Assembly (NCBI GenBank): GCA_964647905.1 | Contig: CAZYJR010000002.1 | Coordinates: 7,198 to 71,197 of the forward strand | Reading direction: 5' to 3' | Source of the DNA: an uncultured Desulfobacterales bacterium | GTDB lineage: Bacteria; Desulfobacterota; DSM-4660; Desulfatiglandales; HGW-15 | Length of the DNA: 64,000 bases | Shown: piece after piece, positions 60,690 through 64,000 of the stretch | Layout of the letters: every line of letters starts with the position of its first letter | Numbering within the stretch: position 1 is the stretch's first letter | The notes under the pieces: generated by a model | What the model was told of the DNA's origin: nothing | What the model saw: only the letters and a program-made list of their open reading frames with translations | Databases searched by the model: none | Program-made: the position numbers and the translations under genes

Positions 60690-61118
60690 TCAGCCCTGAT
60701 CAACGGAACCATCCTTGCCCGGGCCCTCACAAAGCTCCAGCAGGAGCCCCTCAGTGGTCCACGGGTCGAGGAAGGCCACTCTCCCATGGCTCCCGGGCCT
60801 GGGAAACCCTTCCATGACCTTGCAGCCCTCTCGGGAAAGCCCTGCGACGGCCTCCTCAATGGCGGGGACCTCCATGGCAATATGGTTGTATCCTTCGGCC
60901 CCTCCCATGACATCTCTTCCCAAGCTAGGCTCCTCGGACAGGTACTGGATAAGCTCGACGGTCACGTTGGCCGCCTCCAAGCGGGCCACCCTGAGCCCCA
61001 CCTCGGGCATCTCCTTTATCCCTCCGGACCGGAACCCGAACCCGCCCTCCAGGAGCCTCAGGTTACGCTCCAGGTCCCGGACGATCACCCCCACGTGCTC
61101 CACCCTGGGCCTTCTCAT
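60690..61118 (-). CDS. VOC/glyoxalase-fold protein (methylmalonyl-CoA epimerase-like)
   Basis: VEHVGVIVRDLERNLRLL...YNHIAMEV...VAFLDP...GLLLELCE carries the paired metal-binding H/E pattern. The ATG shares a base with the hyuB stop (TGATG). The track ORF has a 137-codon spurious extension. Confidence 0.75.
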   Translation of the reverse strand: MRRPRVEHVGVIVRDLERNLRLLEGGFGFRSGGIKEMPEVGLRVARLEAANVTVELIQYLSEEPSLGRDVMGGAEGYNHIAMEVPAIEEAVAGLSREGCKVMEGFPRPGSHGRVAFLDPWTTEGLLLELCEGPGKDGSVDQG

Positions 61119-62860
61119 CACCGCCCCCTCCGTTTCCGCCGGGTGGCGTCCTGGTCCACCTCCAAGGTGGCCGGGTCGATTGCCACACCATAGTCCTCGC
61201 GCGCCGACCTCACTGAGACCACCTCGTTTCGGACGTCCTCCACCACCTTGGAGACCGGCCGCTCCAGCGGATCGCCGTAGCCACCGCCTCCGCCCGCTCG
61301 CTCGTTGAAAACGGTATGCTCGGGTATATCTCGGATTATTTCCTTGCTCTTTGCCGCTTGCACCCGGCCGTCGGGAAACCGAAGCTCCACCCGGTTCGCC
61401 GCCCCCTTTCCGCCCCCGAAAAACCCGAATGCCCGCGCATCTTCCTCGATCCCGTCCCCGAACGCGATGCCGGTTACGTTCTTGCCGTATATCTCGAACT
61501 CGGTCTCCACTCCCAGGCCACCCCGCCACCTGCCCGGGCCGGCGGAATCCTGCAAGTACTCGTGCTTGATCAAGAAATGAGGGTCCTGGATTTCGAACAT
61601 CTCGTAGTCCTGGGCCAGTATGCCTCCTGCGCAGTTGATCAGCCCGATGTGGTCATAACCGTCGGCCATCCATGTAGCCCCTGACCCCCCTTTGAGCGCC
61701 AGAAAGAGTATGTCCACGTATGAGCGGTCCTTGCGGGGATCCCACCCGGTGACCGTGAAGCCCAGGAAGCGGTTCCACCCTGCGGTGACCCTGCGGGGCA
61801 GGGCCGGGGCCATGGCCTTGAATATGGCGTCCGAGATGGGGCCGGTGATGCTGTTGCCAAAGGTGGTGGCCGCCGGATAGGCCGCGTTCAAGAATGAACC
61901 TTTTGGATTGACGATATGAACAGGCCTTAAAATTCCATCATTATGGGGAATATCAGGGTTTATATGCATCAGAAAAGTCAAAAGAACGGCAGAGGCGGTC
62001 GCTGCATAGGGAGCATTGACAAAGCCCTCGGTCTGAGGGGAGGATCCCGTGAAATCAAAGGTGATTTCATCGCCCTTGACCGTGACCTCGAGGTTGATCT
62101 TCATCTTGGAGCCTTCGCGGATTCCATCGTAGTAGACCCAGCTCTCTCCTTGATAGCTCCCGTCAGGGATCTGGCCGATCTCCCGTCTAACCATCTTCTC
62201 GGTGACATCAAACAGATACTCCACGTGGTCGTTGAACCGCTCCACCCCGTAACGATCCAGAAGGGCCGAAACGCCCCTCTCCCCCACGACGCATCCCCCG
62301 ATCTCCGCCTTGATGTCCTCCTCCACTATGTCATAGCGGATATTGGCGAATATCAGATCCCAGACGTCCCTGCGAAACCGCCCCTCCTCGTATATCTTGA
62401 CCGGAGTGATCCGCAGGGCCTCCTGCCAGACTTCCCTGGCCTCGGGGTTGTATCCCCCGGCCACCGCGCCCCCGATATCCGCCTGGTGTCCCTTGCACGC
62501 GGCCCATGCCACGAGCTCTCCCTGGTGGAACACGGGCTTGAATACGGCCACGTCCGCGTTCTGGTTGCCTCCGGTGAAGACGTCGTTGTGAAGGATCACA
62601 TCCCCCGGGCGGATGTCTTCGCCGAAGTACTCCACTATGTAGCGGCAGGCCGGCTGGATGGCGAAGGCCAGCACCGGGATGTACTCGGTCTGCTCCAGCA
62701 TCCGTCCGTTCTTGTCGTAGAGGCCGGTTACGAAATCCCTCGCCTCGTTCAGAATGGGGGACCTGGTGGTGCGAAGCAGCGTAAGACCCATTTCCTCGGT
62801 TATGGACTTGAAGCGCCGCTGGAGCACCGACGCCAAGATCGGGTCGATTTCCCTTTTCAT
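61118..62860 (-). CDS. hyuB: hydantoinase B/oxoprolinase family protein (HyuB)
   Basis: DPILASVLQRRFKSITEEMG, NDVFTGGNQNADV, and GGGGYGDPLERP near the C-terminus. 580 aa. Confidence 0.9.
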   Translation of the reverse strand: MKREIDPILASVLQRRFKSITEEMGLTLLRTTRSPILNEARDFVTGLYDKNGRMLEQTEYIPVLAFAIQPACRYIVEYFGEDIRPGDVILHNDVFTGGNQNADVAVFKPVFHQGELVAWAACKGHQADIGGAVAGGYNPEAREVWQEALRITPVKIYEEGRFRRDVWDLIFANIRYDIVEEDIKAEIGGCVVGERGVSALLDRYGVERFNDHVEYLFDVTEKMVRREIGQIPDGSYQGESWVYYDGIREGSKMKINLEVTVKGDEITFDFTGSSPQTEGFVNAPYAATASAVLLTFLMHINPDIPHNDGILRPVHIVNPKGSFLNAAYPAATTFGNSITGPISDAIFKAMAPALPRRVTAGWNRFLGFTVTGWDPRKDRSYVDILFLALKGGSGATWMADGYDHIGLINCAGGILAQDYEMFEIQDPHFLIKHEYLQDSAGPGRWRGGLGVETEFEIYGKNVTGIAFGDGIEEDARAFGFFGGGKGAANRVELRFPDGRVQAAKSKEIIRDIPEHTVFNERAGGGGGYGDPLERPVSKVVEDVRNEVVSVRSAREDYGVAIDPATLEVDQDATRRKRRGR

Positions 62861-62922
62861 TTGATCCTCCTCTGATCTTTCCGATACACCGCCATTGGTG
62901 CCATCCCCGTGTGGTCCGCCCC

Positions 62923-64000
62923 TCAGAGTGCGGCCATCAGGTAGCTCCCGTACTGATCGCAGGACACTGAGTAGCCCGGAGGAACGAGAATGGTGGTATT
63001 GATCTGTTCGATGACCGCCGGCCCTTCGAGCCTGTTGCCGTGCCCCATGCGATTGCCGTCATAGACCTTCACGTCCCTGTACCCGCGGTCCCGGGGTATG
63101 AACACCGGCCGGGTTCCCTTGAGGCACCCGGCCGGGTCCGCTCCCCGGTGAGGCTCCTCCCGAAACTCGGGCTTCTGGGTGATTCCAATGGCCGACATCC
63201 TTATATTGACAAGCTCCACCTGGGTGCCTTCCTCTCGGAGGTCATAGCCGTAGAGCCTATTGTGCTCCCGGTGGAAAGCCGCCCGTATCGCCTGGTCGTT
63301 GAATCCGTGAAGATCCTCGGCCTCCGCCTCCACGTTCACCTCGTGGTACTGGCCCACGTACCTCAGGTCCAGGCTGAACCTGAACCGCCTCTGCCCGGGT
63401 CCGATGCCTTCGGCCGAGAGCACTCCCTCACCCTCGGCCTCCAAGCCCCGGACAAGTTCCCGGAACCAGGGGACATCGATGACTTCCCTGTCGAAGGGGC
63501 AGTGGTAGCTCCTCACGAAATCGTGCTTGAGATCGGAAAGGAGCATGCCCGCGGCGCAGAATATGGAGGACTCCTTGGGGATCAGTATCCTGCTGATCTC
63601 CAGCTCGGCGGCTATCATGGCGGCGTGGATCGGTCCGGCACCCCCTGCGCAGACCAGCAGGAAGTCCCTGGGGTCATACCCCCGCTGGACCGATATCTCA
63701 CGGATCGCCGAGGCCATGTTTACATTCATGATGTGGTACATCCCGTGGGCCGCCTCCACCAAGTCCAGGCCCATTGGTACGGCCACCATCTCTTTCACCG
63801 CACACTCAGCGGCCTTCCTGTCGAGCTTCATTCGACCGCCTGCGAAGTACTCCTCGCTCAAGTAGCCCAGCACCAGGTTGGCGTCGCTGCACGTGGGCTC
63901 GGTCCCGCCGAGCCTGTAACAGGCCGGGCCGGGATAAGCACCGGCGCTCTTGGGACCCATCTTCAAGAGCCCGCCCTCGTCGATCCACGCAACGCTTCCG
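62923..64000 (-). CDS. hyuA: hydantoinase A/oxoprolinase family protein (HyuA), C-terminal ~358 codons; gene continues beyond the window end
   Basis: The reading frame is open to the window edge (...GSVAWIDEGGLLKMGPKSAGAYPGPACYRLGG...). FLLVCAGGAGPIHAAMIA is typical of HyuA. Confidence 0.85.
   Translation of the reverse strand, partial: GSVAWIDEGGLLKMGPKSAGAYPGPACYRLGGTEPTCSDANLVLGYLSEEYFAGGRMKLDRKAAECAVKEMVAVPMGLDLVEAAHGMYHIMNVNMASAIREISVQRGYDPRDFLLVCAGGAGPIHAAMIAAELEISRILIPKESSIFCAAGMLLSDLKHDFVRSYHCPFDREVIDVPWFRELVRGLEAEGEGVLSAEGIGPGQRRFRFSLDLRYVGQYHEVNVEAEAEDLHGFNDQAIRAAFHREHNRLYGYDLREEGTQVELVNIRMSAIGITQKPEFREEPHRGADPAGCLKGTRPVFIPRDRGYRDVKVYDGNRMGHGNRLEGPAVIEQINTTILVPPGYSVSCDQYGSYLMAAL

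Overview
High-GC (about 60-65%) bacterial chromosomal window that appears to span the replication origin: dnaA, a 650-bp gene-free candidate oriC, a perfect consensus parS, and parA/parB. Gene content suggests an anaerobe, possibly sulfate-reducing or syntrophic and Deltaproteobacteria-like. This is inferred only from homodimeric PFOR/nifJ, HypE, a B12-radical SAM gene, sigma54 regulators and selenoproteins. I support about 55 protein genes. Core genes are glk, tal, a short gnd, hflKC, lepB, surE, HU, plsY, pstSCAB-phoU and PFOR. I recognised no rRNA, tRNA, CRISPR array or transposase. The long ORFs antisense to real genes are GC-driven artefacts. Points worth a second look, in rough priority order: (1) A minus-strand operon encodes three ATP-grasp ligases (RimK-like, GshB-like and an unclassified 485-aa protein) flanking a complete five-gene peptide-type ABC importer, with a divergent GNAT. 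This is my best candidate for an undescribed amidoligase/peptide system. (2) Two genes are split in the ORF track by in-frame TGA codons that I read as selenocysteine, each with a downstream hairpin: an ArsS-like radical SAM protein and an orphan GrdB/PrdB-family protein. (3) A perfect 31-bp palindrome lies 116 bp upstream of a sigma54-like promoter in front of an ABM / B12-rSAM / hflKC block. (4) A 1079-aa protein fuses a TLC-type transporter, HEAT repeats and a cNMP-binding domain. (5) A sugar cluster contains truncated tkt and pgl remnants and a GH63-DUF547 fusion. (6) A gene string reads hyuA-hyuB-VOC-PaaK-like-PreA-like. (7) A decayed AT-rich islet carries Fic and AbiEi fragments plus a MucR gene. 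All family assignments come from reading motifs by eye; no database search was run.
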